Counted from the first letter of the stretch, positions 26,401 through 36,639 are shown. The stretch is DNA of 64,000 nucleotides from Eledone cirrhosa (GCA_964016885.1 OZ024741.1:26164001-26228000); one strand, 5' to 3'. Numbers and translations are program-made. The notes: generated from the sequence alone by a model not told the origin.

Positions 26401-29400
26401 AATAGGACAACCCGTCTAACCCATGCTAGCGTGGAAGAATCGACGTAAAACGGTGATGATGATGATATATATATATATGCCCCTTCAGTTGTGTAAAAAC
26501 ATGACAACCTCCTTGCTTGCAGCAGTTTTGTATTGTAGAACCAGGTGTGGTTTCAGAAGGTTTGGTAATGGAAGTGTTAATAATGTTGACAGTAACAATA
26601 ATAATGTTTCTTTATTTCTGCCAGCTTCCACCACCTCTGCAACCAAATGGAAGACGACGGATTATTGAACAGTTTAAAAGAGCTCTGTTTTCTCCACAGA
26701 GTACATCCGACAGCCTGAAAAAGGAACTTAATAAGGTTGAATTAATTTCTTTTGTAAATGATTATATATATATATATATATATATATATAAGAGTGTGTT
26801 GTAGTTTGCTTGGAACATTGTGTTAGTGTATAAAGTAGTATGATATTTGAAGACTACGACAATGCAAAATAGATGGTAGATTTTAGAATAAATTGAAGGC
26901 AACAAAGATATTGGTGTGTTACCTATTATTTTATTTACCTGTCCTAATATTTTAGATCTAAAAACCCTTCGTCAAAAGACTATAATAAGAAACTGGCTCA
27001 AGTCCATGCTTTATTGTTATAGATTCACCATTCTTTATTTCATTTGTTTATAAGTGGTGGTCTATTTATAGCTGCCAGAAGTGACGTTGTCTGGAGATTG
27101 ACATTTATAATGTTGTGTTTGCATGTTCAGTCAAATATTGTGTGCGTTTGTTTATGTTTTATGTCAAATATTTTTCACATCATATATTGTGTCAAGTTGC
27201 AATAGATTGTGTAGGTTAGCAATTCTGAATTGCGTTATGTGTAAGCATGTGTGTATATGTCGAATGTTGTGTGTCTAAATATAATTGTCTGTTAGAGTTG
27301 GTTATTATGCGTGTGTGTGTTATTGTATCAGAAGTTACATGTGTGCACTTTTATTTTAAGTATTGCATGCTGAGTTCTAATCTGTTGTTGATTTGTGGGT
27401 TGAGCTTAACTATTAGTATTCCTTCTTTAATTCTTAGGTTGCCCAAGTTCCCCTCTCTGGCTTCATTTGTAACTGTTATATCTTTGTTGTTGATTTTATC
27501 TAAGTGTTTCCTGAAGGAGGGTGCATGTGTATTGAGATGTTCCTTAATGCATTAAAAATGTTGACATAAAAACAAACAAAAGCACACAATATTTGACAGA
27601 AACACACACACACACCATATTATACACATCAGTCCACAGACGTCTCTCTCACATTACTTCCATCAGCTATAAATTTGCCACTGCTTACAAAGGAAGTAAA
27701 AAACGGTGAGTTTATAACAACAAAAGTATGAACTTCGAGGCAGTTTTCTTTTTTATTATAGTCTTCTGATGAAGCGTTTTTAGACCCAAAATATTAGGAC
27801 AGGTAAATAAAATAACAGGTGACACACCAATATCTTTGTTGCTTTCAATGTATTCTAAAATCTACCATCCATTTTGTATTGTTGTAGCCTTCAAATAACA
27901 CTGCTTTATATATATATAATATATGAGATAACGAAGTTTCACTTTAAAATGTTTTTATTCCATATCAAACATTACATATGTTTCACAGATGATTGGCTCC
28001 AGGTCTTTATTGATATGATAGACCTGACTCCAGTATCAATCTGTTCATTAGGTGTATGGATTCAATTCAAAACATTTCCAAGTCTATACCAGTATAGCAT
28101 CCATAAAAAAATGACAGAATTTACAGTAAATCCTATTTAAGTTAATAATTCCTTGATTACAGCATTCAATGTAAAGATTCATGATATCTTGGTTTACCTT
28201 GACCATCTCTCTCTCTCTCTTGTCAGTCCAGCCATTGCTGTATTTTATTTGACATTCATCTCTATCAATTACAATAATTTTCTTGAATCATTATCAAATA
28301 TATTTACACTAAATTACAATAACTTTGTTCTATCTGTCTTCCATTTCCTAGAAAAATGAAGCACAAACTGGTTGACCCATAATCAAGTGTTTTATTATAA
28401 TGATACCATCATCATCATATATATATATATCATTATCATCATTTTTATGTCAACTTCCACATGGCTGCTTTGTTTCTCTCCAGTCTACAGCCCATGTTTC
28501 ACTACTATGCAGCATTGCACTATGTATGTATATATACACACACAGTGCAATATACATTCATACTATGTATGTATAAAAAATCACTAATCCACATGTTCTG
28601 TTAATAAGGTTCTGTTTCTATTTATATCTAGCTACTGACTGGATCCCAAGAGGTCATTGACCTAGTCTATGGACTTAGTGACAATGGATTTCAAAGACCC
28701 AGCAGTTTAACTCTTTTAGAACCAGGTAACATGGATGATAATGATCCAAACAATGTGTCAGGTAAGATATCTGTATATAAACAAACATACAAACAAAACT
28801 TGGCTGGGTTTAATTAGCAGTACCACTAACATAGTGTGATTCATAATAGAGGTGTATATGAAGGTTGCGAAACCATTTTGCTGGTTTGAGAGTTGATGAG
28901 GGTGAAGATATGTGTGTAAACTTGTCTTCTACATTGCCTTTCTTTATTTCCTTCTTCCAGTCACTTCTGTGCACCAGCACACTTCTCTTTGTCCCCCTCC
29001 TCTTTCAATCTTTTCTATATTTTATCTTCCTGTCCCCCACCTTGTGGATTGCCTCTGCCAACCACTGGCTGCTGGTCTCTGTCTTGTGAGGCATCTTTGC
29101 CCATCTCTGTCATTGACAGCAATGTTTTTATATACAATATGTTTATGTATAATAAACATGGTACACACTATATGCAAATGAACTTTTCCTGCTGATGTTT
29201 TATATTCAAAACATATATAAGCTGTAGTATATTCTAATCTCAGTATCAAGTGATTATACTTCACTGCATGGAAGACGGGCATTAAACAATGATGATGATG
29301 GGTAAACATCCTGAAACACAAGTGTCTGCCAAGTGTCACATGGCTACTGAGATAGTTGTGTCATGATTACATTCATAGCAAGACTTCATAATCACCATTT

Positions 29401-29993
29401 AACGTCCATTTTTCTACACTAGCATGGGTTAGATGTGTTGTTCCACTGGGAGACAAGTCAGATCAGGTGACTGTTTCTTACTCATACAGAACTGTTTCTG
29501 GCTTGGTTTCTATGGCTGGATGCCCTTCCTAACAACACCAGCCACACTTACAGTGTGGACTGGCTGCTTTTTGTTATGACACCTACACAACCACTTTACA
29601 GTGTGGGTGGGTGCTGGAATGGGGACTGGTGAGGAAGATCTAGGGTGGGGAACTTATTTGGAGAAGGTTGGGGGTGTAAGGACATGGATGAAGGGTGGAG
29701 TGTTAGGGTATGAGAGGTAGATGAAGGGTGGAGTGTTAGGATATGAGAGGTGGATGAAGGGTGGGGCGTTAGGACATGAGTGACATATGGTTGCCTATAT
29801 TTGTTTCTACAACTGTGTCTTTATTTATTGTTTTTTTCTTTCCCTTCCTTCAGGTAATTCTGACCTACTGGACAACAGGACAGGAGTGACCTATGAACAA
29901 ATGCAAACACACATTGAAAATGTCTTAATGGACAGTGGTTATTACTGTATCCCTTCTTTTGGAAATAATAATGATACTACTGAACTTGTGTAA
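263..29993 (+). CDS. NEK10: NIMA-related kinase 10 (NEK10) orthologue, 5'-partial; 22 coding exons in the window
   Basis: Manually spliced exons give one open frame (2743 nt). It carries NEK10 signatures: [115 protein letters not shown]. All introns are GT-AG with matching phases. Confidence 0.95.
793..977 (-). mobile_element. tRNA-derived SINE, family A (Meta-domain-like), flanked by about 16-bp TSD gggttgatttaataat
   Basis: tRNA-like head (tggcagtatcggtagag; gagttcaaatcc) and core ctttcatccttacggggtcgataaaataaagtaccag; duplicated flanks at 777-792 and 978-993. Confidence 0.85.
990..1235 (-). mobile_element. 5'-truncated 3' end of the CR1-type LINE
   Basis: Reverse complement matches 18995-19185; other copies at about 7340-7563 (-), 23187-23463 (+) and 50960-51030 (+). 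Confidence 0.85.
1933..2064 (+). CDS. NEK10: NEK10 exon ([43 protein letters not shown])
   Basis: ttgcag acceptor, gtaagt donor; ARM repeat similar to NEK10 LLWSIVWILVQVCED..EIRIWGGI. Confidence 0.9.
2356..2563. mobile_element. piggyBac-type MITE (TTAA TSD, TIR CCCTTTAGCATTTA)
   Basis: ttaa|ccctttagcattta ... taaatgctaagggg|ttaa; homologous copies at 19630-19850, about 21114-21324, 48194-48392 and 59540-59741. Confidence 0.85.
3026..3092 (+). CDS. NEK10: NEK10 exon ([22 protein letters not shown]), divergent linker
   Basis: tacag acceptor, cag|gtgagt donor; phase 2 to 0 bridges the neighbouring exons; little sequence similarity. Confidence 0.7.
3518..3557 (+). CDS. NEK10: NEK10 exon ([13 protein letters not shown]), 40 nt
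   Basis: Strong polypyrimidine tract plus tacag, cag|gtaatt donor; phase 0 to 1 fits the next exon. Confidence 0.75.
3794..3942 (+). CDS. NEK10: NEK10 exon ([34 protein letters not shown]...LQ)
   Basis: Close match to the NEK10 motif; tacag / cag|gtttgt. Confidence 0.93.
4038..4573 (+). repeat. Pair of about 200-bp direct repeats (period about 325 bp), each with a decayed hammerhead motif; retrozyme-like or Penelope LTR relic
   Basis: 4038-4245 resembles 4360-4573; motifs tgtct-ctggtga..aaaac-acgt-gtc-tgaca and tgtca-ccgatga..gaaac-agtt-ttc-tgata. Confidence 0.65.
4607..4774 (+). CDS. NEK10: NEK10 exon ([25 protein letters not shown]...NNLP)
   Basis: tttcag / gtaagt; NEK10 motif. Confidence 0.93.
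5807..5977 (+). CDS. NEK10: NEK10 exon, kinase subdomains I-II ([12 protein letters not shown]...ALKE)
   Basis: ttccag / gtgagt; Gly-rich loop and catalytic Lys. Confidence 0.95.
6291..6432 (+). CDS. NEK10: NEK10 exon, kinase subdomains III-IV ([10 protein letters not shown]...[11 protein letters not shown])
   Basis: tttcag / g|gtaatt; phase 0 to 1. Confidence 0.93.
6964..7306 (+). mobile_element. tRNA-derived SINE, family B (CORE-like centre, RTE-derived tail)
   Basis: A box tggcttagtgg, B box gagttcaattc, ccttgagcaagagactttatttcac core; tail nearly identical to the RTE 3' end at 30839-30895. Copies at about 51440-51808 (-) and 63332-63648 (-); a different-tail variant at 33570-33905. Confidence 0.85.
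7675..7895. repeat. About 32-bp minisatellite (tgtgatgtaatagattttgttgtgttaaatc) abutting a NEK10 acceptor
   Basis: About 7 imperfect tandem units. Confidence 0.85.
7907..8028 (+). CDS. NEK10: NEK10 exon, kinase subdomains V-VIa ([14 protein letters not shown]...WNILIQ)
   Basis: tgttag / cag|gtaaga. Confidence 0.93.
8570..9130 (-). mobile_element. Decayed DNA transposase fragment (hAT-like, hATm-type)
   Basis: Frameshifted pieces [29 protein letters not shown] and [40 protein letters not shown] resemble the CRHHxxEL / RDDY / PGAxHHARWMAKAIY motifs. Confidence 0.65.
9527..9629 (+). CDS. NEK10: NEK10 exon, catalytic loop ([34 protein letters not shown])
   Basis: aatag / gtgagt; HRDLTPNN is typical of NEK10; absent from the ORF track. 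Confidence 0.93.
9760..9975. mobile_element. Degenerate mariner-like MITE
   Basis: Imperfect TIRs: agggttggctgaataggtc / gaacttttcagctgactgt, TA-flanked. Confidence 0.45.
10029..12081. mobile_element. Non-autonomous hAT (Charlie/Buster-type) element with 8-bp TSD GTCTAAAC
   Basis: TIRs cagtgtttcccaac / gttgggaaaccctg; exact TSD at 10021-10028 and 12082-12089. Confidence 0.88.
10380..11315 (-). mobile_element. CRE-clade non-LTR retrotransposon 3' fragment (zinc knuckle plus restriction-like endonuclease), nested in the hAT
   Basis: WLHALP..G..L....LRLG, C-C-H-C knuckle, [28 protein letters not shown]; the frame continues past a TAG as [15 protein letters not shown]. Confidence 0.82.
12225..12544. 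repeat. About 34-bp minisatellite (gtatacagctatgtatgtataccaaccatgtat), interrupted by the mariner element and resuming at about 13432-13515
   Basis: Tandem units visible. Confidence 0.8.
12545..13429 (-). mobile_element. Tc1/mariner superfamily (maT/DD37D-like) transposon, internally deleted
   Basis: 27-bp TIRs with 2 mismatches (cagggtgcggacgatatttgttagcaa), TA TSD; transposase remnants [41 protein letters not shown] with a frameshift and a stop. Confidence 0.88.
13561..13639 (+). CDS. NEK10: NEK10 exon, activation segment (TDFGLAK...[10 protein letters not shown])
   Basis: cttgcag / gtaata; DFG motif. Confidence 0.93.
13765..14015. repeat. 17-bp minisatellite (caacaccacatgtcatc)
   Basis: Tandem units visible. 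Confidence 0.8.
14160..14290. repeat. 19-bp minisatellite (ataactacatgtcttata) just upstream of exon 14340
   Basis: About 7 units. Confidence 0.85.
14340..14469 (+). CDS. NEK10: NEK10 exon ([32 protein letters not shown]...LAKK)
   Basis: ttacag / aag|gtcagt; subdomains VIII-X. Confidence 0.95.
15464..15534 (+). CDS. NEK10: NEK10 exon ([23 protein letters not shown])
   Basis: tttcag / aag|gtaggc. Confidence 0.9.
15878..19450. repeat. About 70-bp minisatellite split by the LINE insertion (15878-16059 and 19195-19450)
   Basis: The unit taacctaactattaacaccaacataaatgtgtgttatgttatattatgtatatatttattactactgtaata occurs on both sides of the LINE. Confidence 0.85.
16060..19194 (+). mobile_element. 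CR1/L2-group LINE, 5'-truncated: ORF1 tail, APE endonuclease (about 16400-17000) and RT (17059-19086)
   Basis: LNARSL, VTETW, GGGV, VYRPP, GDFN (APE); [42 protein letters not shown] (CR1-type RT); frameshift or deletion near 16885-17060; 3' UTR shared with short copies. Confidence 0.92.
19460..19609 (+). CDS. NEK10: NEK10 exon, kinase subdomain XI plus coiled coil ([12 protein letters not shown]...[12 protein letters not shown])
   Basis: gaccag / gtaagt; matches NEK10 RPD...KKLERERRRTQR. Confidence 0.92.
20312..20420 (+). CDS. NEK10: NEK10 exon ([16 protein letters not shown]...SREK)
   Basis: tttctag / aag|gtaact; continues TQ(K)YF.EA. Confidence 0.88.
21392..21506 (+). CDS. NEK10: NEK10 exon, acidic linker ([12 protein letters not shown]...TEDQ)
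   Basis: ttacag / aag|gtgaga; phase-consistent. Confidence 0.8.
21530..21648. repeat. Degenerate (ATC)n microsatellite filling a 166-nt intron
   Basis: Visible. Confidence 0.9.
21673..21909 (+). CDS. NEK10: NEK10 exon, acidic/Ser-rich linker ([10 protein letters not shown]...WNDNSI); 3' end ambiguous
   Basis: ttttccag acceptor; g|gtaata donor, repeated in frame every 27 nt downstream. Confidence 0.75.
21897..22825. repeat. Compound minisatellite starting at an exon donor: 27-bp units grading into 20/40-bp units (acaacagcattagtaataac / acagcagttctgctaataac); a related tract at 23463-23582
   Basis: Tandem units visible. Confidence 0.9.
23615..23773 (+). CDS. NEK10: NEK10 exon, Ser-rich linker ([13 protein letters not shown]...RVQRS)
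   Basis: tttcag / t|gtaagt (phase 1, fits exon 25430). Confidence 0.8.
25430..25554 (+). CDS. NEK10: NEK10 exon (…[29 protein letters not shown])
   Basis: ttgcag / cag|gtaagt; conserved NEK10 C-terminal motif. Confidence 0.92.
25600..26045 (+). mobile_element. Decayed RTE 3' fragment
   Basis: [31 protein letters not shown]; same family as 30839-32277. Confidence 0.85.
26625..26735 (+). CDS. NEK10: NEK10 exon ([26 protein letters not shown]...ELNK)
   Basis: tgccag / aag|gttgaa; matches NEK10 LPP..RRVIERFKKSLFSQQS. Confidence 0.92.
26828..27912 (-). mobile_element. Penelope-like element: GIY-YIG C-terminal fragment (27351-27550) between about 350-bp inverted pseudo-LTRs
   Basis: Arms 26828-27175 and 27553-27912 are imperfect reverse complements. 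The minus frame reads CIKEHLN..PSFRKHL..I...E.....[17 protein letters not shown]. The arm carries ctgatgaag..cc(a)aaatatt. Confidence 0.8.
28632..28761 (+). CDS. NEK10: NEK10 exon ([14 protein letters not shown]...PNNVS)
   Basis: tctag / cag|gtaaga; similar to NEK10 LSQGSPEPIE. Confidence 0.85.
29854..29993 (+). CDS. NEK10: NEK10 last coding exon (…[22 protein letters not shown]…ELV*)
   Basis: Long polypyrimidine tract plus cag; conserved TYEQMQT..E.VL..SGYY; TAA stop. Confidence 0.93.
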
Positions 29994-30315
29994 CAGAAAC
30001 TGCTAGAAACCTTTTAGAAACCTCCACCATATTGTCTTCATGTGCCTTTCTAGGTCACTGGACCTGTGTGTGTGTTTATGTGTGTTGACCTGTGTATGTG
30101 TATGTATGTGAGTGGACATGTGTATGTGTGTTGACCTGTGTATGTATTTATGTGTGTTGACCTGTGAATGTGTTTATGCGTGTGGACATGTATATATGTG
30201 TATATGTGTTAATGTATTTGTGTGTGTGAAAGAGTAACCAATGTTAGTTTATATTAGTAAAAGTGGGAAGATGAGAAATATCATAACGGAGTGGGGGGGG
30301 GGGTTGCTATTATTA

Positions 30316-30826
30316 TGGCGGTGGATTGGCAGAATCGGTAGAGCGTCGAACAAAATGCTTTATAATATTTAGTTAGGGCCTTTTACGGTCTGAGTTCAAA
30401 TCTCACCAAGGTTAACTTTGCCTTTCATCCTTACAGGGTTGATAAAGTACCAGTCATACACTGGGTCAATTTAATCAATTCCCCCAAAATTGCTGGCCTT
30501 GTGCCTAAATCAGAAACCATTATTATCATTATCAAGAGGTTCAGTGGTGGTATTTCTGCATCAAATTTAAACTATCCAATAACCACTACCAACATGTGTG
30601 TTTGTTTATTATTATTATTATTATAAGGGCGGTGGATTGGCAGTATCGGTAGAGAGTCGGACGCCATACTTTCCAGCATAGTTACGTCCCTTTACGATCT
30701 GAGTTCAAATCCCGCCGAGGTTGACTTTGCCTTTCATCCTTACGGGGTCGATAAAATAAAGTACCAGTATTGCACTGGGTAATTGCTGGCCTTGTGCCTA
30801 AAGTAGAAACAATTATTATTATTATT
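30316..30826 (+). mobile_element. Two family-A SINEs (30316-30530, 30627-30826) with (ATT)n tails
   Basis: Same head and core as 793-977; other copies at about 4976-5200, 5330-5438, 6572-6683, 32612-32800, 50583-50925, 53575-53735 and 57505-57697. Confidence 0.85.
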
Positions 30827-30838
30827 ATAAAGTATTAC

Positions 30839-32270
30839 ATCATCATCATCATCATTTTACGTCCGCTTTTCCCAGCTTGCAAGGGTGGGACGGGTCTTAT
30901 TCAGCACAGCATTTCTCCACTCGTCACGGTCCTTTGTCATCTCCACCGTGAGCTTCAATGATCTGAGGTCTGTTCTCACCACCTCCGCCCATGTTTTTCG
31001 TGGTCTAACTCTACATCTTCCTTCAACTGGCATTTCCTGGCACTTCTTCACCCATCGGTCATCCTCCATGCACATGACATGTCCATACCACCTCAGTCTC
31101 CTCTCCCGTACACTACATTCTATCCCTCTCAGACACAGTTTCTCTCTCAACACATTTATGCTGGGTCGTTCACGCACATCCAAAGGAGCATGCTTGCCTC
31201 ATTTCTCTCCACCCGTTGCATATCCTCTGCAGTTGCTGCCCATGTCTCACTACCATGCAGCATCGCGCTCCTCACACAGGCATCATACAACCGGCCTTTC
31301 GTACGCAGGGAGAAACCCTTCTTCGTCAACAGAGGAAGCAGCTCCCTAAACTTCTTCCTACCCGTCCTTATTCTAGATACTATGGCCTCGGAACACCCTC
31401 CTCCCATGCTAATCTGATCTCCTAGGTACCGGAAGCTATCCACCACTTCTATAGCGCCCTCCTGCATTTGAAAAATGTGTCTATCAATGCGACTTCTACT
31501 GTCTAATTTCCCTGTACATCTACTGCATACATATTTCTCCCTACCTGTTAGTTTGCCTGCTATCCCGCTACATCTCTTGTGTACCCAGGATCTGCATTGT
31601 GTGCATTTTATAGAATTTATGCCAGTTCTTTTTCTGCATATCGAACATGGCCATTTCCCTGACGGAATCAGGGTTTTGTCCTCTTTTCTACTCATCAACA
31701 CTTTTGTCTTAGCTAGATTCACTCTCAGTCCTCTTGCTTCCAACTGCTGTTTCCATAGCCCGAATTTATTCTCTAGCTCCTCTACTGATTCTGATATAAG
31801 AACCAGATCGTCAGCATAGAGAAGTTCCCATGGACAGCCAGTCTTAAACTCCTCTGTTATGGCTTGGAGGACTATAATGAACAAGAGCGGGCTGAGGACC
31901 AAACCCTGATGTACTCTTACTTGTATCTGGAATTCCTCACTAAACTCCATTCCTACCCTGACTTTACTGAGAGTACCTCTGTACAAAGTTTGCACTGTCC
32001 TCACAAGCCATTCCTCAACACCTAGTTTCCTTAGGGACCACCAGATGACAGATCGGGGTACCCTATCAAAGGCCTTCTCTAGGTCAACAAAGGCTAAGTA
32101 TAGTGGCTCATTCTTCTCTAAGAACCTCTCTTGCAATTGTCTCACCAAGAAGAGGGCATCTGTTGTACTCTTCCCAGGCACAAAACCAAACTGCATCTCA
32201 TCTAGTTTGACCCTTTCTCTAATTAGTTGTGCTAATATCCTTTCTGCCACTTTCATAACCTGATCTATCA

Positions 32271-32277
<7 letters not shown>
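30839..32277 (-). mobile_element. RTE-clade LINE, 5'-truncated, with (GAT)n tail
   Basis: [43 protein letters not shown]; frameshift near 31160. Confidence 0.93.
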
Positions 32278-32303
<26 letters not shown>

Positions 32304-32451
32304 GTGTGTGTGTATTTATGTATATAGATGTGTCAGGTATGTGTATTTATTTCTGTATGTATAGATGTGTGAGGTATGTGTATGTATATATAAATGTGTA
32401 AAGCAGGTCTGTGTATGATTGTTTATAATTATAGAAACGTATGTACATGTA

Positions 32452-32599
<148 letters not shown>

Positions 32600-35500
32600 C
32601 ATGTGTGTATGCATTGGTGGATTGGCAGTATCAGTAAAAGGTCGGATGCTATGCTTTGCAGCAAAGAGTTATGGCCCTTTATGATCTGAGTTCAAATCTA
32701 GCCGAGGCTAACTTTGCCTTTCATCCTTACGGGGTCGATAAAATAAAGTACCAGTAATGTACTGAGTAATTGCTGGCCTTGTGCCAAAAGTAGAAAATTA
32801 TATATAGACAAATAGCACACTAGCCCAAGGGAGGACACCCAAGTGGACACAGTTACTAAGTGAACTTCTTAACTACACAGCTATATATGTGCTGGGTACA
32901 TGTGTGTCTCAATATACTGAGAACACTTGAATAGTGGTGATACTTGTTTATGTCCTGTAGTTCAGCAGTTCAACACATGAAGGAAGATCAGTGGAATATC
33001 TTACTTAAAAACAAGGGCTGGTGTTAGGAAAGTTCAACTAAGCCATGTCAGTATAGAAAAGCAGATGTAAAAACAATGAGGAAGTATATCCTAAATACTA
33101 TTTAAATATGTTACTCTGTAAATGATATTATAAGACACCCTTGAACTAAATATTTATAGTATATTTACAGTGTCAATGGTTTTATCAAACAAATACAATA
33201 TATTTAGGTTCCAATTGTCAAGGTTTGCTCCCTCCCGAACCCTCTTTGGTGTCTCGAGATAAGCAATCTTTGTGCGTCCATCCCACGCCTCGCAGGACAG
33301 GTTGTAGGCCCATCGCCAGTCTTTGCGACATGAAATGGAGACTGCAATATATTTTTCAAACAAGCCACTCTACCTAAGGCCTGAATGCATCCCTTTGTTA
33401 ACCCACGTGAAGGATGATGCGGATGGTTCTTTTTTGTTCCTCTCACCATATTCGCAGACTTATTTGAGGATCCTGCCCCCACGACCCTCTCAGAAATAAG
33501 TGGGTGAAGAAGAAAAAGAAGTATATTTACATTGTCAATGATTTTATCAAACAAATATACTATATCTAGTGAAGGCACATGGCTTAGTGGTTACAACGTT
33601 GGGCTTGCAATTGTGAGGTTGTGTTTCGATTCTCGGACCGAGTGATGCATTGTGTCCTTGAGCAAAACATTATTTCACGTTGCTCCAGTTTACTCAGCTG
33701 TAGAAACGAGTTGCAATGAACCTGGTGCCAAGTTGTATCGACCATTGCTTTTCCTTTGGACAACATCGGTGGTGTGGAGAGGGGAGACTGGTATACATGG
33801 GCAATTGCTAGTCTTCCACAAAAAAAACTTGCTCAGACTTGTGCCTTGGAGGGGAACTTTCTAGGTGCAAAACCATGGTCATTCGTGACCAATGGGAGCC
33901 TCTGAAAATATTTACATTATCAAACAAATCTGTCCTTAATGCTATATATAATGGCTCTTTTTTTTTTTAAAGATATTTTACAATATTCTCTATTTTTACT
34001 AGTTTGGGGATATTTTATTGCCGAGAATCATTACTATATATACTTACATACAAGTCACACCTACATTTTACATATAACATTGACAATGTACCACATTGTG
34101 TCTTTACGTATAATAGATAATTTACATGCTAGTCTTTTGTGTCAGTTTTGTGGAAAAAGGTGTGATATGCACAGATACATATGGTGTGTGAAATGGATAT
34201 AAATTGTCTGCCTGCCTGCTTGTCTTTCTGCCTGTCTGGTTAATAAAGCAGTTGATTTCATTCACTCTTTTTTCTTTTGTTATTTTATTCCTTCCCTCAT
34301 CATCATTAATTTTACATACATGTTTCCGTGTTTTTTTTTTTTTTTTTTTTATTAAAGAATGACAATAGAGTAGTGAGGACTCAGTTTTGTGGAGTACAAG
34401 GTAACTCCTCTAATGCTGTTGTCACAATAAAATGCACCCAGTACACTCTGTAGAGTGGTTGGCAAATACAATGCAACATAGGATTGAGAATACTCTTTAG
34501 TCTTTCTGAGAGCACAATAATCTCTCTAGTGCTGGTTCTTATGTCGTGGATAGGTGAAGTTGTGTGTGTCCTCTCTGTTAGCCATCATCATTGTAGGCTG
34601 TCTTAACTGTTAACACTCTCTAATGATTTACTATAAAATATCTAAAAAGAGATTTAATTCATATGTTTATAGCATCTTTACTAGTGGACAGGTTGCTGTG
34701 GAAATTTCAGTAAACTAAAGTAATGACTTTAAATTTTAATGTGATGCAGTCATACTGCTGATTTGTTCTTTACAAGAATATCTTGTTACTGTGGTTCCAT
34801 GCAGTACAAGAGGTTAAGAGTCGAGTTGCAGGAGGGGCACATCAGTGGTACATCTAGAGTGGCACCCCAACGACTGGCTGCACCAGTGGTACATCTAGAT
34901 GGCACCCCAATGACTGGCTGCACCAGTGGCACCCTAACAATTGGCTGCACCAGTAGCACCCTAATGACTGGTTGCACCAGTTATGAGAACATGAAGAAAA
35001 TCATAGGATATCATTTGTTTGATGAAATTGTAATCAAATACTGTCACAGACAAACCAAAGACAGTATTGAAAAGGAGAAAATGAAAAAATAAGGTCATAA
35101 TTTCTCAGGAAAGAATCGCTGGACAGATTTTACAGGCAAAACCAACTGGCAGGAGACCCTGAGCAAGATAGTTGGCTGGTCTCGCTTGGAGATCCAGCTG
35201 GATCAACTGGAGACGGTTGCTTCTGACAGGACCCCCAGGAAGGAGTGTTTGAGGACTCTGCCCCCATGACCCTCACATGAATAAATGGGCAAAGGAAGAG
35301 AAGAAGTTTAAAGATCCATCAAACAGTTATAGATTTAGAGACACACTATCTAAAACACAATTACTGGTAGGTTGTTGGATGTGGGGAATGAAGATCATTT
35401 CAAGTGACCCAACTGAGGGACCACCCATGTGGTAGATAAAGCAATTAAGGGTATAAAAGTAGGGAAGGCAGTTGGTTCATCAGGAATAGTTGCTGAGATG

Positions 35501-35778
35501 ATTAAACTGTTTGGTGAAGTAGGACACAGGCTAGTCATGTATGTAGTTCTTGAGGTAGTATATCCAATAAGTTATATAGCAGCACCATTGTTGTACTTCC
35601 ATGTTAAGATATCAGTTCATATGCTGTAATATATCATCTGGTGACTCTTTTCTGTTTGGTGCATGGTGTACCTAGAAGTATATGTTCAGAGAGTGCAGCC
35701 CAGTTTGAAGCTGCTAAATTATAAACATTTCTACTCTGTATGGTGGTAGTGCCGGAGTCACGATAAAATGCTCCCAGT

Positions 35779-35935
35779 CAGAGTCTCCAAGAGAAATTTT
35801 GCAAGGCTGTACAAGACCCCTTTGGGGCCTGAAGCAGGCAAATATTTTTCTCAAAATGGATGTTGCTGTGGGGCCTTCTTAGCTCTTGGGCTCCAGAACG
35901 AAGTACCGGCTGGACCCTGCCTCTCATAGGCCCTG
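35779..35935. mobile_element. Small hAT-type MITE
   Basis: cag...ggccctg termini; 8-bp TSD ctcccagt / cacccagt. Confidence 0.6.
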
Positions 35936-36639
35936 CACCCAGTACATTCTGTAAAGTTGTTAGCACTGTATTCTCTTGTTATGGATAAGACTACAAATGA
36001 TACTCTCAGTAGTTTTCACTGCAACAAACAAGATCTCTCATCATCATCCATTTTCCACGCTAGCATGGGTTAGACGGGTTGTCCCATTAGAGGCAAGTGG
36101 GTCAGGTGATCATATCTTGAGCAGATATCTACATGTTCTTGTTCACCAGTTTAAGGAATGTGTATTCTAAGATTTCTGTAGGAGGAAGGAAAAGGAATTC
36201 TATACAGGATGTATAGTTATGAAAAGAGGATCGTTTAGCGGAAAAAGTAACATTAATGGACACGTTGTGTCTGAGCAAAACACTATTTCATGTTGCTTCA
36301 GTCCCTTTGGTTAGCAAAAATAAGTTATACCCGTCAGCCTCGTCACGCAGAATCTCCCTGAGAACTATATTAACGATACACGTCTCTGTGGGATGCACAG
36401 TCACTTGCACGTTAATTTCTCGAACAGATTGTTTCGGTGTTCAAACAAATAGAACATTCTCCGTTAGAACTGACGGAGGTCCAACACTGTTAACTAAAGA
36501 AGAAAGATGAGGATGTGAAGAAGCTACATTATAGACCAATGACAGGAGGTAGAAGACAGCAGCCGAGAGAAGAAGCCAAAGACTTAAAGAAAATTCATAA
36601 CAAATCTCCACAGAGAAAAAGAGGCAGACAGTCATATAT

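Noticed and set aside
34738-34770. Box C/D snoRNA-like gtgatg...ctga
   Set aside because: Imperfect C box, too short, no terminal stem
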